From Basidiobolus meristosporus CBS 931.73 (taxonomy: Eukaryota > Fungi > Basidiobolomycota), in the NCBI GenBank assembly GCA_002104905.1, contig MCFE01000048.1:124001-188000 (forward strand): DNA of 64,000 bases, written 5' to 3'. Both the position numbers and the translations under genes were made by a program. Under the pieces are notes generated by a model. The model was not told where the DNA came from. It worked only from the letters and a program-made list of their open reading frames with translations, and searched no databases. The first letter of the stretch is position 1. Every line of letters begins with the position of its first letter. This document shows, piece by piece, positions 36,916 through 49,724 of this stretch.

Positions 36916-37989
36916 ATGTCTAGTAAAGGACCTTTACCCTCAGGGTGGGAAGAAATGTTCACGCCAGAAGGGCGACCTTACTGTAAGTGGTTCTTCATCT
37001 TGGCTATGTCTGGATTACTGCCAGATATCAACTAAACTTGCTTTGGTTTTCTAGATGTTGACCACAACCGCCAGATCAGCACTTGGGTGGACCCCAGAAA
37101 CGAAAGTCATGATTCCCCTCCACCATACAACCCGGTCGATTCACAAGCATCTCAGGCCTCCATGCCAATGCCCTCACCTGCGGGCGCACCCGCTCGTCCT
37201 GAGCTTCCACAGCGTCAAGCCGAGTTCAGTGACCAAAAATCCCCCTACCCACCAAACAACGCGCCATATAACCAAAATGGCAATCGCAATCCTTCAGCCT
37301 CTCCTCCCCTTGCAGCCCGCTCGTATAACTCTTCAAACCCATCATATGGTGGACCACCACAAAACAATTTCTACAGCCAGCCTCCGCAAAACTCATATGG
37401 GCCACCACCACAAAATGGATCATACGGCCAACCATCGCAAAGCCCATACGGCGGCCCACCTGCTCAACAAAGCCCCTATGGTCAACCTCCTCAAAACCCT
37501 TATGGTCAACCTCCTCAAAATCTTTACGGACCACCACCACAAAACTCACCCTACGGTGCTCCACCGAACGCTGGCTATCGACCAGCACAGAGTCCATACA
37601 ACGCTCCACCACAAAATGCCTCTTACTTGAACCCGCCTCCTCAAAACGCCGGTGGTTACAGCGGTTACGCGCCCAGCAGCACATACTCCGCCCCGTCACC
37701 TGTTCAGCAGTCAGCCTCGAAACCCGCAGCAACAGGTATGGGGAGTAAGATCCTCTCCAACAAGAAATTGCTGGGTGGGATTGCCGGGGGCGCATTGGCT
37801 GGCCTTGTAGTGGGAGATCTGATCTCTGACGAGCGACATCGCGACTATGGATACGGAGGCTTTGGAGATGGATATTACGGCGGGGGCGAAACGGTCATAG
37901 TGAACGAGAACGATACATTCGTTGATGATGGTTTCGGAGGGGGATTCGACGATTTTGGTGGAGGGGGATTCGATGATGACTTCTTCTAA
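36916..37989 (+). CDS. WW-domain, Pro/Gln/Tyr-rich protein (Wwm1-like); intron 36983-37054
   Basis: PLPSGWEEMFTPEGRPY|YVDHNRQISTWVDPR; repeated (N/S)PYG(Q/P)PPQ units; LLGGIAGGALAG segment; acidic GGF/DDF tail. Confidence 0.85.
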
Positions 37990-39228
37990 CCGCGCTCTCA
38001 GATATCCTCAAACGTCTCTTCCCTATCCGACCAGTGTAATCTCATAGAGTAATAATGAAAAAGCAATGCCTGTAATTAGTTAGCGTGTTCAATAAATCAT
38101 GGCGTTTTATTAATGCTTCTGCTGCACAATGCATACGTGGTACAATTTGCTGGTCATGTCGCCTCGTCAGAGATCTTTTGAACATATTTACCAAGGTTGA
38201 AGTCGATCCTCCCGATATACTTTTGCTCCCCTGCGAAAATCCAAGGGGATGACGTCACGCCTCCCACCTTGTTGGTTATTGAAGCATAACCCTGTCCACA
38301 TAAAACGACTGTATAACCACATAATCCAAACACTCGGAGCTCTGTTCTTTTTCTACCTCGTTGAAGTCCATTGGGAAAGTGAACATGGAATCCTTCAAGA
38401 ACTGTCAAAAGTTGAGCATGGAATGTGTGGCTGCTACATATCTCCACATCAATGTATTGGACTAATGCAAATGCCAACATATGCCAACCGTCTAGTTTAT
38501 GCAGTTTTACCGGAATCGGGCTTTACTCACTTCAACAAAGTCCCATGCATGCATTCAAGGGGTTCCACATTCTTATCAAGCAGATGAATAATCAAACCAG
38601 CCTAGTGACCGAACTGTGTGTATGCGCATTTGCAGATATCTCAAGCATCAAGCCCGGGAATCCAGCAATGCCGAATCCAGCGTCTAGACTAGCCAGCATC
38701 AGCAATCAGGCAAATCAACACTCAGTCTTCAGAGCAGTTTTAGGTGGGGTTTCTGCACCAGATAAATTCCGAGGCGCATGTGTTACAGAGAATAAATGGA
38801 TGATAGATGTGGGCATCGAAATGGAAATCATAGTCATCAACCGTCATACTTGATATGGATTTCTTCATTGTGACATCAATCTATCACAACAGGAAGGCAG
38901 TAGCAACAAGCTACATTGATGTACATCAGCTGACTAACCAATTCATTTGTACATTGATGTAAAGAATAGAGGTCGGTGACCTTACCAGTCATCATCATTA
39001 GCAATTTAATTTCGTAATTCAGGTAACGTTGATCTATTACCATTATAACTGTAGGTTGAGTTGTGTGTATAGGAGATGTATCTCTAGATTGATCTATGCT
39101 TCAAAAATACTTTGGATTCCTCACCCAATAGTGATCAGATAGAGCAGATCAATCTGTCATGCACAAGCCCCAGGAAAAATCTCAAACTTGTTTTTACTCA
39201 TTTGCTGCTGGTAGTCCAGCCTTTTTAA

Positions 39229-39571
39229 TGTTGTAAGAGTTTTGGAGATATTGGAAGTGATTGGGAGAACAGGTAGATTAGGTGGTTTTCACCTAATGAT
39301 TTATCGAATGTGGAAGTAGTATTTAGACTTTTACATGGTCTTGGCAAAACAATCACGTGGAATATGTTTAGGAAGATCCCAAGAGCATGTGCGCAAAGTT
39401 TGGGGCAGGTTGGACAACTTGGAATATTTTCACCAAAATAACTGGTACCCAGGACATGAAAAATTGTTAAGTAAATCCCGACAAGGAATTTGGCCAGAAT
39501 TCTCAAAGATTTGTAGACTATGGTCTAAGCAACTAAGTGAATATTTAGGTGTAATTACGAAATCTCCAACA
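39229..39571 (-). mobile_element. Solo LTR of the Copia family at 12150-16836
   Basis: Diverged reverse-complement copy of the 350-bp LTR, flanked by TSD TTTAA (39224-39228 and 39572-39576). Confidence 0.93.
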
Positions 39572-41842
39572 TTTAATATGGCCTCCTGATGGTATCTCAC
39601 CCCTCCCACAACTATAAGCTTTGTATTGCACAGGTCTTGAGCAAAAGATGATACATAGCCACTGGTTTTTTCTCGAGAGTGTGGGGGAGGGTCTGTATAT
39701 TTCATATTGCTCCTAGCCTTGACTTTTGAATGTCGGAAGTTTGAGAATTGGATTTTTGTTAGTGATCATATGGTGCATCAGAAATTTGTATTAGGTAAAT
39801 AGGTGTTTATAAAATCTAGAACCCCATCAATAGAGGGCTGATTGACTACTGCCAGCAGATTCGATGCAACATATCTTACATTTGTACGCAGACACAAATC
39901 CACAGGAAAAGGCAGTGAAGAGTATGTTACCAAATACCAGTCCACGATTAGTTATTCCCTTTCCAAAGCCGTCATTTCGGCTTTTGGAGCCATTCAAGCG
40001 AAGGACTCCTATAATTGTTAGCTGGCGCATACACATACCCATGGCGTGAGGGCCAACATACCGTTTTTTCAGTGATCATAGCAAATTTTGAGGAGCCGTT
40101 GGATTGAAGCTGATCTGTAGCCATAGAAGGGGTCGGAGCTGCTCAAGATTAAACCTACCGGGATCTGTTGAGTAACATCCTTGCTCGATATATCCCTTCT
40201 ATTCTAATTGTTCAGTGAGCCTTGACTTACGACTTGCACGCACGTGATTGCTCACCCCGTTTCTTCAGATACGTTGTCCCCGGCTCCGAATAATCTCAGC
40301 TTTGGCAAAATGTCTCAGAGAATCGATTAGCAACAATTCCTCTAGCGAGCGCAACACAAAGTATAATAGTATTTGCCAGTACTCGGTTTGTTTCTCAGAT
40401 TTGGTGTGCGGCTTTAACTGGGTTGATTGCACATCGGCTCCGTGATTTGATCTTTATGCTCCCTGCCCACGCTCACTGGCTGCTCAGATATATTAAAATT
40501 CAGTAGGCCAAACTAAATACTACCCAGCATAGGATATATGGGTGTCTTGAAAACTGAATATAATCTCCTTTTGGCGTTTCCTTCCCGATGAGGGATCTAT
40601 TTACCCGCGCTCCATATGAATCCCGGTGATCAATTGCTCTGGTATAGAATGCAACCCCAAACCGCTATCAGCCTTGCACGCGGTTTGCGAGGCGTAAATG
40701 TAGGAATCCAAACGTATATTGCTGGTCCAACATCCTTTCGTAAAGCTCACCTGCTGCAAAGACCGCGTCTAAATCGTCAGCCTTCTCTCACTGCTTTGCT
40801 GCCATGCAACATACAGAGGCTGTCCGCCTTCTCTTTGAACAAGACATCTCTCTGATGCGAAATAGATCCCCCCATTGCCTAGATTGGAATAGAAAGTGTC
40901 TTCATTGCGGGCTCAAATTCTCCTGATCTAAGCCAGCAAAGAACTGCTACCACTGCTCCCTCGCCCTCAAATTGATTCCGGTACATGTCTGCAGTGCTGT
41001 ATGCCATGGAATCCACTCACAACGAGCGATTGCTTCGCCAAGCGAATTTGAGAACAAATTGCTGTGTATCGTGGAGATCGTGAAAGAACATCCGATGTGT
41101 GTACAGTACTATCTGGGTGGACACACATATAGGTAATACCATCAAGGCATTATGATGTGGATCATTTATCATCCTCATCATCCAGCGAAGTGGCACAATA
41201 TATAGATGAAGCCATCACTGCTTTTGAAAAGGGATTATTCCCCTCAAATCACAAACCGAAATCAAAAGCAGCCTCTGAGTGCATGCATTGTCTTGGCAGA
41301 GCTTTAATATGGCTGTATTAAGAATCCTCTGGGTATATGATGGGCTGACTCTGCTGAAGACAGTTTTGACACAGTGTTTACATATTAGCTTATAGCCAAG
41401 CCACACTCGGAACCTTGAACCCTCGGAGATTAGCTGCAATTGGGAAAGCAGGAAGTTTAAGTGAGTTTTTGCTTGTAGCGAATAACTCCCCTGGATCTGG
41501 GTGAAATTAAGTTTGGATGCACCACATGAATCCCGAAATCCCCCATTTTCTTAATCAATTTCGCTATTTATATCTTCGTTTATCATCCATTCAATTCAAG
41601 GCGATTTGATGAGCCTTTCCTTTTTTAGATCGCTGGCGACTTCTTGTCCCAGCCGTTTGGGGAAGGGCTGGTGGGCAAATTATAAGAAGTACGCTGGACT
41701 GAAATCGGTGTTGGTTCAACTGCTCTTTTGCTGCATTGGTTTGCTGTGTAGTTCTTCTGGTTTTCGAATCGACCTTTCGCCCTGTTGTCGTGATTTTTGT
41801 CGACTCCTTATCCGGTTTGTTGCATTTTTTGTTGTAAACATT

Positions 41843-42433
41843 ATGAATTGCGATTTCGGGTCAACACTTCCTGCACAAAATTATTACACCTGGTTTCGCT
41901 CCTCCTTCTTTATCAGCACCGACCCTCGTCGACTGGATCTCTCTTTCATATACAATCTCGTTGTCAGAACCAACTCTAGCAACTCGACTCTTTCCTTCCA
42001 AGATTTTAAACGTGTGCTAGAGCATTCGCTCTGCTTCGGCCTTTATATTTTAACCCCCACCTCCTCGCCAGATGACGGCAACCCAGAGTCCAAGTATACT
42101 GCCCGACAAATTGGATTTGCCCGGGTTGTAACTGACCATATACGACTTGCTTATTTGTGCAACCTGAGTATTGTCGAGGAATACAAGGGACTGCACGAGT
42201 GGATGTTTGACTGTGTCTTGAGTTTTCCTGAAGTTCCAAAGGTGAAATGGATCGTAAGAACCACCGACCTCAACCATCCTATTTCCTTCTTTGCTCCTCC
42301 GAGCCCGCCGCATACCAACGATGACACTGCTTCTCGCAAGCACAGATCCGAAGGTACTCCCGACTTGGTATGCACCCGTAAACGAAAGCAATTGACTAGC
42401 TCTACTGCGTTGTCCGTGGATACATGTTTATAA
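41843..42433 (+). CDS. GNAT-family N-acetyltransferase, probably degenerate
   Basis: FFISTDPRRLDL, LEHSLCFGLY, QIGFARVVTD, AYL. The acetyl-CoA-binding R/QxxGxG/A motif appears deleted (EEYKGLHEW). ATG 41843 chosen over the ORF-track start. Confidence 0.7.
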   Translation: MNCDFGSTLPAQNYYTWFRSSFFISTDPRRLDLSFIYNLVVRTNSSNSTLSFQDFKRVLEHSLCFGLYILTPTSSPDDGNPESKYTARQIGFARVVTDHIRLAYLCNLSIVEEYKGLHEWMFDCVLSFPEVPKVKWIVRTTDLNHPISFFAPPSPPHTNDDTASRKHRSEGTPDLVCTRKRKQLTSSTALSVDTCL

Positions 42434-42948
42434 GATTTTTGACGTTTTTCTTACTGTTTCACATTGTACTCTTTACCTCCACACTACATAGAACAACCCC
42501 GCCAAAAACGAAGCATCCTAATCTTAATACTCGCACCCACTATACCTGTCAACCATACTACTTGTCCTTGGATATCGCCTGTATACTAGACTATCATGAA
42601 TGCATTTCTCCGAAAGCACCGAACCCAAAGTAATTCCCCCCGTTTATCCTTCAATACATACACCCCGATGTAAGCTTGAGATAATTAGGCTCTTTCTGGA
42701 ATAATATCAGATTTTTTTGCTCAACCGGCAGCCACCATTTCATATCACTCCTTGTCCACTTTTGGGCTGCAGCCCAGGCTCGTTCAAAAGAAGTCGCGCC
42801 AGGTCGTGTCTATTGATGGCAACTCCAATTTTTCACAGTACCACATTGTTACCAACGCAGAAGCCGCCGAGATGCCTAGGCAGAGTTTATTTCAGCATGA
42901 AATATATATATATATATATATATATGGAAGGCGGGTGGGCCAGTTCAT

Positions 42949-44502
42949 TTAGTTGATTTTATTTGGACCGTGGCGTTCACACTCCTTGGCCCGAAGAGCA
43001 AACTTCTGGATTTTCCCGGTACTGGTCTTGGAGAAATCCTGGACCACCTCCACTGGATATTTGTACCCGGCCATGGATTTCTTACAGAACGAGATAGTTT
43101 CATCTTCAGTGACCTGTGCCTCATCACACACTCGGAGAGACGCCCTGGGTCTCTCCCCCATTTCTCATCAGGTATGGCCACCACAGCAATGTCGAGCGCT
43201 GCTGGATGCTCGTTGATCTGTTCCACCTCGATTGTAGCTCGCGTGTTCTCGCCTCCGCTGATGATGTCTTTCCTGCAATCTCTCAGCTGGATGTAGCCAT
43301 CTGTATGGCGCAATGTCCCCCAAGTGGAACTAACCTCCTTTGAATGCTTCCTCGGTGGCGGCTGGATCATTGTAGCAGCCCTTCATTACCATTGCTCCAT
43401 GCGTTACAACTTCACCCGGAGTTTGGTCGTCGAAAGGAACATCCTTCATGTTCGAATCCACCACTCACGCTCTTTCCGAGGCACAGTAGCCGTGTCCCTG
43501 GCGGGCCAATACTATGGCCTGCTCATGCTCAGTTAATGACTTCCATTCTGGCTTCCAGCGTGATACCACTGAGGGGCCGTAAGTCTCGGTCGATTCGCAC
43601 ATATGCACGGGTATGAGATTCAGCAGTTTCACCCTACCAATGAGGTTGGACGAAGGCGGAGAGCCGCGGACCATAGCTTTGGTAGCCTGCAAGCTAGCGG
43701 ATAGCTTTCCATAGATATATGAACCGTCCGCGCGCCATTGTAATAGGTTGCTTTGTGGTCTACCAACACCTTCCGTATGTAGCTGTAGTCGATCTTTTTC
43801 ACCATCACATTAGTCCTGCCGATTACAGCCATCGCCCATGGGAAAATCCACTCGTTACAGTGGAACAGCGGCAGTGCGCACATCATGGCCGATTCAGAGG
43901 TCAACTCCGCTTCAATGAAATTCCCTAACGCGCCGATATACACCCCACGATATGTTAGCATCATCTGGTGGTGATACCAATGTGTCATTTTCATTGCCCA
44001 ACAGGCTCAGCTCCTTCCAACCACAGTTCGAAGAACGACCCTTCGCCAGAAACTGCTCGTAAGGATCGCTGCTGTGCACCCGGATATTCCTCAGTGGATC
44101 CGCCAGGTGGGCAACCAGATCGTAAGATTCATAGTCAACAAACCGCAGCTTGCTTCCGGAACGATCCAGGATGTATTCGATCTCGCTGGCCTTCAAGCGG
44201 TAATTGATCGCCTCAATGATTGCTCGCAAGCAGGGCACTCCAAAATACCCCTCGAACAGTGCAGGAATGTTTGGCGATATACAAGCCACTCTATCCCCCG
44301 GCTGAGCCCCCTCTGCGCGTAACGCATAGCCCAGACAATGAACCCTCTCGAGAAATTCGGTGTATGTGTAGATCAGCTCATCCATCTTCACGGCAACCTT
44401 GTCGGGAAATAAGTTCGAACTACGTTGAAGAAAGTAGACCAGGTTCATCTGGGATCTGTTGGCTTCGTGGTGCCTGTCGCAAGAGATCACTATCAGATGC
44501 AC
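42949..44502 (-). pseudogene. AMP-binding acyl-CoA synthetase pseudogene
   Basis: FLQRSSNLFPDKVA, PGDRVACISPNIP, INYRL, LPLFHCNEW, AVVAIPDEKWG, KTSTGKIQKF spread over several frames. The YTSGTTG P-loop is absent. Confidence 0.85.
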
Positions 44503-46576
44503 GAAGAGACTAGAGGGTTGAGCGGTGAATCAGGTTGTCAATGGAAGAGGATTACCGTCGCTAGCATTATTGGGCTTGGCTAGCTCTCCGACACCAGTAC
44601 CCAGAGTATTGCGGAGGTTCTCAAGGCGACGGGGAGCGGTGGCTACTTGATTATTTGTGCCAACGGTGCCAGATATGGTGGAGTGTTCACGAGATAGGGA
44701 AAGTTCAGAAATGCAGTAGTTGATGTTATGAGGACCGTACATTTTTAAACCAAATCCTGGGAGTGCTTCGATGGTGGTGAGCGAAAAGCGTAGCCAGGTG
44801 GCAGATGTCGATATCATTGGAGCTAAAATAGCTGGCCTCGGACTGAGATTTCGATGACCCGGAAGTGTAGTGGAAAAGTACCATGCAAGAAACAGTGCAT
44901 TGCTTGGGATTGTTTGTGCGAATGATACCCTGTCCCCACACCATCTGATCTAGTAAGGGAGACCACCCACTGTAGCCCTATCCGGTGCATATCCAGCCCA
45001 TCCACACCGCTGGATGGGATATCTCACAGACCTGTCCAGTGCTATACACTCCCTAGCCAGAGCCTATTAGTTGGATTATTGATTCAACATCACGAGGTCA
45101 CGAAGTGTGGTGAACGAATGGTGAATCACAAGATGACCCGAAATCAGGTTCGTTGCGAAAACAGCTGATGACCCAGTCGATCAAGAATACCGCCAATGCT
45201 AACATCGAGGATGGTTCATACTGAGCAGCTGAGGATTTATTTCATCCCAGCATTCTCAACCACATCCTATTCATACCGCATCGTCCACCATTCGGTTTTC
45301 ATCCCCTACGCTACCAACACATTTCCTATTTTACATATTGGCGGAGATCCAGATCCTCAGAAGAGATGATTCCCATTCCCATTTCGACGCTGCAAAGAGT
45401 ACGACTTGATTCAGGTGGCTTTGGAATAGGCTGTAAACCAATGGTGGAACTCATCTTAGAGTGGTTGTATAAATAGGAATCGATATAGATTTAATGTAAC
45501 TCTAGATCCACTCGAAAACTCTTGGATCTCGATGGTCTTATCTTCCAAATCAATCCATCTTGAGTATGGCACTTCGAACCGGTATTTGACCAAATGCACA
45601 CCCATCTGTGGGTTCATTGGCGTGGTTTAGGGGCCTATTAGCAGCGTTGGTTGCTTTGACCAGCAGTCCAATTCACTTCATTGGATGGTCGCCTATCTAC
45701 TCCATGGAAAATCAGGACCAGCGCAGCCTTCAGGCGATTCTGGCTGGTGTTTGGTGCAGAGTGGAGCGTAGGTGTTCCCTGACTCGAAGGTTGATGCGTG
45801 TTGATTAGCTTCATCAATTGCGGTTCCAGCCGCTACCTAAACCACTCATCAACACAGTGTGCAAGGGATCAGATACTGGAGTCCATTTGTTTGCACATGA
45901 AATCCATCAAGGCAAAGCATCTCTGGATATGCAGGTCTGGCCAGACACCGGCTCATGGAAATAAATCTTATCTGAAGGCTAGCCATCAATCACATCTATT
46001 TTCAGCATCGTCGAGCCAGCGTATATAGCACTGTACTTCCAACTTTTCATATGTGGGCAGAGCTGTTGTCCACGAATCAGATCTGTCGCATGCCTCACCA
46101 TCGTCAATGACATAGTTTTGGTTATTTTTAACATCTTCGTTTGTCGCCTTTTCTGGAAGGTGGAAATCACCTAATCCTCTCCAACCAGCGCCCACCAATC
46201 GCACAAGCATTTAGGCCATCCTCTCATTTACCAGGAGAGGCAGATGTATCGTTGATGTTGAATTTCATCAATATCAATCTACCAAGCAATGTTAGATTGG
46301 CCGATTAATTAAAATGACATCTCTCATGGCAGTCCTTTTGGCGTGGATACTCCCCTACCATACGTCGAAAACTAAAGAGCGCCAACGATCAGCATGTCAA
46401 ACGTGCGATAATGAATACTGCCCACTCAATCGTACGCTAAAGAATAAATGCCTGTGCACCATATAAGGTAAATAGCATCTACGCAGCTTAGAAGCTCCAG
46501 TATATATACCATACGCGCTTCAGAACTGAGCATTAAAAGTTTTGGAAAAATCCTATTGCGGCCAATTTAACATCTA

Positions 46577-47644
46577 ATGAGAATGAGATTCGATATCTGT
46601 ATGTTGGTTTTGGCCGTCTGCACATCAAGTGGGTTGGCTCAGGATACCGCTGCCTCTAGTGAACTGCACCCCATTAACCAGGCGTGGACAAAGCAATACG
46701 ACCTTTCCAAAGTCCCAAACAAGCCCTTGAGGCCGGTTGGATCTGGTACTTGCAAGACTTCAAATTGCGGGCCAGATGAATGTGACAAATGCTTCGAAAG
46801 CTGTGGCAACTGTCCAGTAAAGGATGATGTCTACGGCTGTGGTGCTGGTCAGTGGGCCCTGACATTCGATGATGGCCCGTCAAATTTTACCACTCAGCTG
46901 CTTGACATCCTGGCTGCGGCAAAAGTCAAAGCCACCTTCCTGATGGTTGGCTCGAATGTCGTCAAGTATCCCGAGGTGGTCAAGAGGGCGTACGACGAGG
47001 GCCATCAGATCTCGCAGCACACCTGGTCGCATCCGCACCTGATGAGCATCTCCAACGAGCAGATTGTGGCTGAGGTTCGAGCCACCGAGGAGGCGATCTT
47101 CAACGTCACTGGTGCACGCACAGCGTTCATTCGGCCCCCCTACGGTGAGGCGGATGACCGAGTCAAGGGAGTGTTCAAGGCCATGGGCTACTACAACCTA
47201 CTCTGGAACATGGACACGTTGGATTGGGACATTGTTGCAAAGAAACAAGACCCAGATAACATTCTCAATTCCTTTAAAAACGTCTTGGCTAAAGGCACGG
47301 ATTTGAACCCATTCAATAACCCAGGCTACATTTCACTCCAACACGACCTTTATGTCGAAACCGTCAAGCGGGTTCCCTCCATTGAACAGCTGTTGGAGCA
47401 AAAGAATTTCCATTTTGTACTGGCGCATGAATGCATCAATGTATCGCCTTATCAAAACATCGCCCAGCAGGATACCAAGACCGCAACACCAACCACCGAG
47501 GCTCATGCTTCCAGCTCTAAGGCGACCTCGCCAACCCACGACACTGTTGCCGTCCAGGGGGTTTCTGGGGCACCAGGGTTGTCCCAACCTGGTGTAATGG
47601 TCGCTTTGGTACTATTCATCTCTTCCGCTATCTTTTCTTGTTAA
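46577..47644 (+). CDS. Chitin deacetylase CDA1 (CE4/NodB), secreted, probably GPI-anchored
   Basis: Signal peptide; Cys-rich leader; TFDDGP, HTWSH, RPPYG, DTLDW and LQHD motifs; S/T stalk; hydrophobic C-terminus. Intronless. Confidence 0.93.
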   Translation: MRMRFDICMLVLAVCTSSGLAQDTAASSELHPINQAWTKQYDLSKVPNKPLRPVGSGTCKTSNCGPDECDKCFESCGNCPVKDDVYGCGAGQWALTFDDGPSNFTTQLLDILAAAKVKATFLMVGSNVVKYPEVVKRAYDEGHQISQHTWSHPHLMSISNEQIVAEVRATEEAIFNVTGARTAFIRPPYGEADDRVKGVFKAMGYYNLLWNMDTLDWDIVAKKQDPDNILNSFKNVLAKGTDLNPFNNPGYISLQHDLYVETVKRVPSIEQLLEQKNFHFVLAHECINVSPYQNIAQQDTKTATPTTEAHASSSKATSPTHDTVAVQGVSGAPGLSQPGVMVALVLFISSAIFSC

Positions 47645-48331
47645 ATTCCGCACTACACCGTTGCTTGTTCGTTTCCCTAATACCTACACATACCTTGTAT
47701 ACTCGATATATTACATCTTGCACCCAGTTTGAAAAATATATAACAATAAAGTGCCACGTGGGTAATTTACATCGTATTGATTGACGGGCATCTGATCGAC
47801 CGGCCACGGAGTACGATTAATCGATGGTACGACCCAATCAGATATATGGAGCAAACTCAAAGCTATATATATCTCTCGGTTCCACACACGCCTAAACATA
47901 ACAACTATGGAGGAATTGATTTTGGTGGAATACCTGAATCCACTTCCCTCACATTAATCTTCGATGGGCGCCAACCAAGTCCGGCATGAAATCTAGAATT
48001 TCCCAATCCGGACAAAGCCCAAGGTCTATCACCACATATACGGCTTCGATATCGACCAGTATGGTATCTTTCGTCACAACACCACCAACGCAATCATTTT
48101 CATATCTGGGAGAGACTCAAATATGCTGGACCAAACTTTACGCCCACAGCCGATGGAGTCGATGTGGCTGCGCACATATCCAACATCAGTGTTGTCATGG
48201 GCTTTCGCGTTGCCTCACAATGGACTCCTTGTTCAACGAGCCTAGAGCTTTTCGGCGGAGGCGGGATTGCTGTGTATATAAGCACATGCATCAGACGTGA
48301 ATGGACTAACATCTAGTGTCATTTCAAAGTA

Positions 48332-49438
48332 ATGAAGTTCCCGATAATCTTAGCTTTAATTGCATGTGCCAGGAACATTTTGGCCGAAGGTGATTCCGAT
48401 GGTGAGCCGTATCCCGTGAATCCCACCTGGACAAAGGAGTATGATCTCTCCAAGGTACCTGACAAGTCTCTAAGACCTGTCGGGTCCGGTATCTGCAAGA
48501 ATGCCAACTGTGGGCCTGATGATTGCGATAAGTGCTTCGAAAGCTGCGGGAACTGTCCAGTAAAGGATGATGTCTACGGCTGTGGTGCTGGTCAGTGGGC
48601 CCTGACATTCGACGACGGCCCGTCAGAATACACCACCCAGCTGCTTGACATCCTGGCTGCAGCAAAAGTCAAAGCCACCTTCCTGATGGTTGGCTCGAAT
48701 GTCGTCAAGTATCCCGAGGTGGTCAAGAGGGCGTACGACGAGGGCCATCAGATCTCGCAGCACACCTGGTCGCATCCGCACCTGATGAGCATCTCCAACG
48801 AGCAGATTGTGGCTGAGGTTCGAGCCACCGAGGAGGCGATCTTCAACGTCACTGGTGCACGCACAGCGTTCATTCGGCCCCCCTACGGTGAGGCGGATGA
48901 CCGAGTCAAGGGAGTGTTCAAGGCCATGGGCTACCATAACCTACTCTGGAACATGGACACCTTGGATTGGAGCATCGTTGAAAAGAAGCAAGACCCGGAC
49001 AAGATCCTTGACTCATTTGAAAAGGCATTGAGCAAGGGAACAGATCTGAACCCGTTTGAGAATCCCGGATATATTTCCCTCCAGCACGACCTCTATGTAG
49101 AGACAGTGAAGCGCGTGCCCAAGATCGAGCAGCTTTTGGCCCAGCATGGGTTCCACTTTGTTCTTACTCATGAATGTATCAATGCCCCTCCGTACCAAAA
49201 TTCCCCCACAGGTAACTCGACCCAAACCTCGTCGAGTATTCCAACCAGTACTGCCTTGGCATCGGCAACGGCATCAAGAACCGGATCAACGTCCAAGGCT
49301 TCGTCGAAACCATCTCTTCCAACCACTGGGACAAATTCTAATGCTCACATAGCATCTAGTGGTAACATCCTAATGAGCTCCAATGATCTTATCAAGTTGG
49401 CTACATATGTGGCAATCCTTGCTGGACTATCCAGATAA
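48332..49438 (+). CDS. Chitin deacetylase CDA2, probably GPI-anchored
   Basis: Same five CE4 motifs, signal peptide, S/T stalk and hydrophobic tail. Confidence 0.93.
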   Translation: MKFPIILALIACARNILAEGDSDGEPYPVNPTWTKEYDLSKVPDKSLRPVGSGICKNANCGPDDCDKCFESCGNCPVKDDVYGCGAGQWALTFDDGPSEYTTQLLDILAAAKVKATFLMVGSNVVKYPEVVKRAYDEGHQISQHTWSHPHLMSISNEQIVAEVRATEEAIFNVTGARTAFIRPPYGEADDRVKGVFKAMGYHNLLWNMDTLDWSIVEKKQDPDKILDSFEKALSKGTDLNPFENPGYISLQHDLYVETVKRVPKIEQLLAQHGFHFVLTHECINAPPYQNSPTGNSTQTSSSIPTSTALASATASRTGSTSKASSKPSLPTTGTNSNAHIASSGNILMSSNDLIKLATYVAILAGLSR

Positions 49439-49724
49439 TCCCAGTAAAATCCCGACCATTTCCAAATCCATTTCATCAGACCACGTTGTTCAGTCCCATT
49501 ATACACACAGCCGGTGAAAGCTAAGATTTAATAAATCATCCGCATTCTTAGATCCCGCAAATTGCCGATTGTCATACTCACAATTCAGTTCAATGCACAT
49601 TGTGCAAACCCATTTGTGTCGAGCGATTCGGTAGTGAAGGTTGGATGTTAGCAATCGAACGCCAAATCCGACTTAAGCTCGCCATTTCATGCTCGTTATC
49701 GCATCCGAACCTCGTTCCAACCCG

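Noticed and set aside
37055-37795. Long overlapping alternative-frame and antisense ORFs over the WW gene (likewise over the M49, homeobox and CDA genes)
   Set aside because: These are shadows of biased codon usage and low-complexity repeats in the real genes.
42901-42924. (AT)n microsatellites here and near 59781-59797
   Set aside because: Ordinary simple repeats with no further structure.
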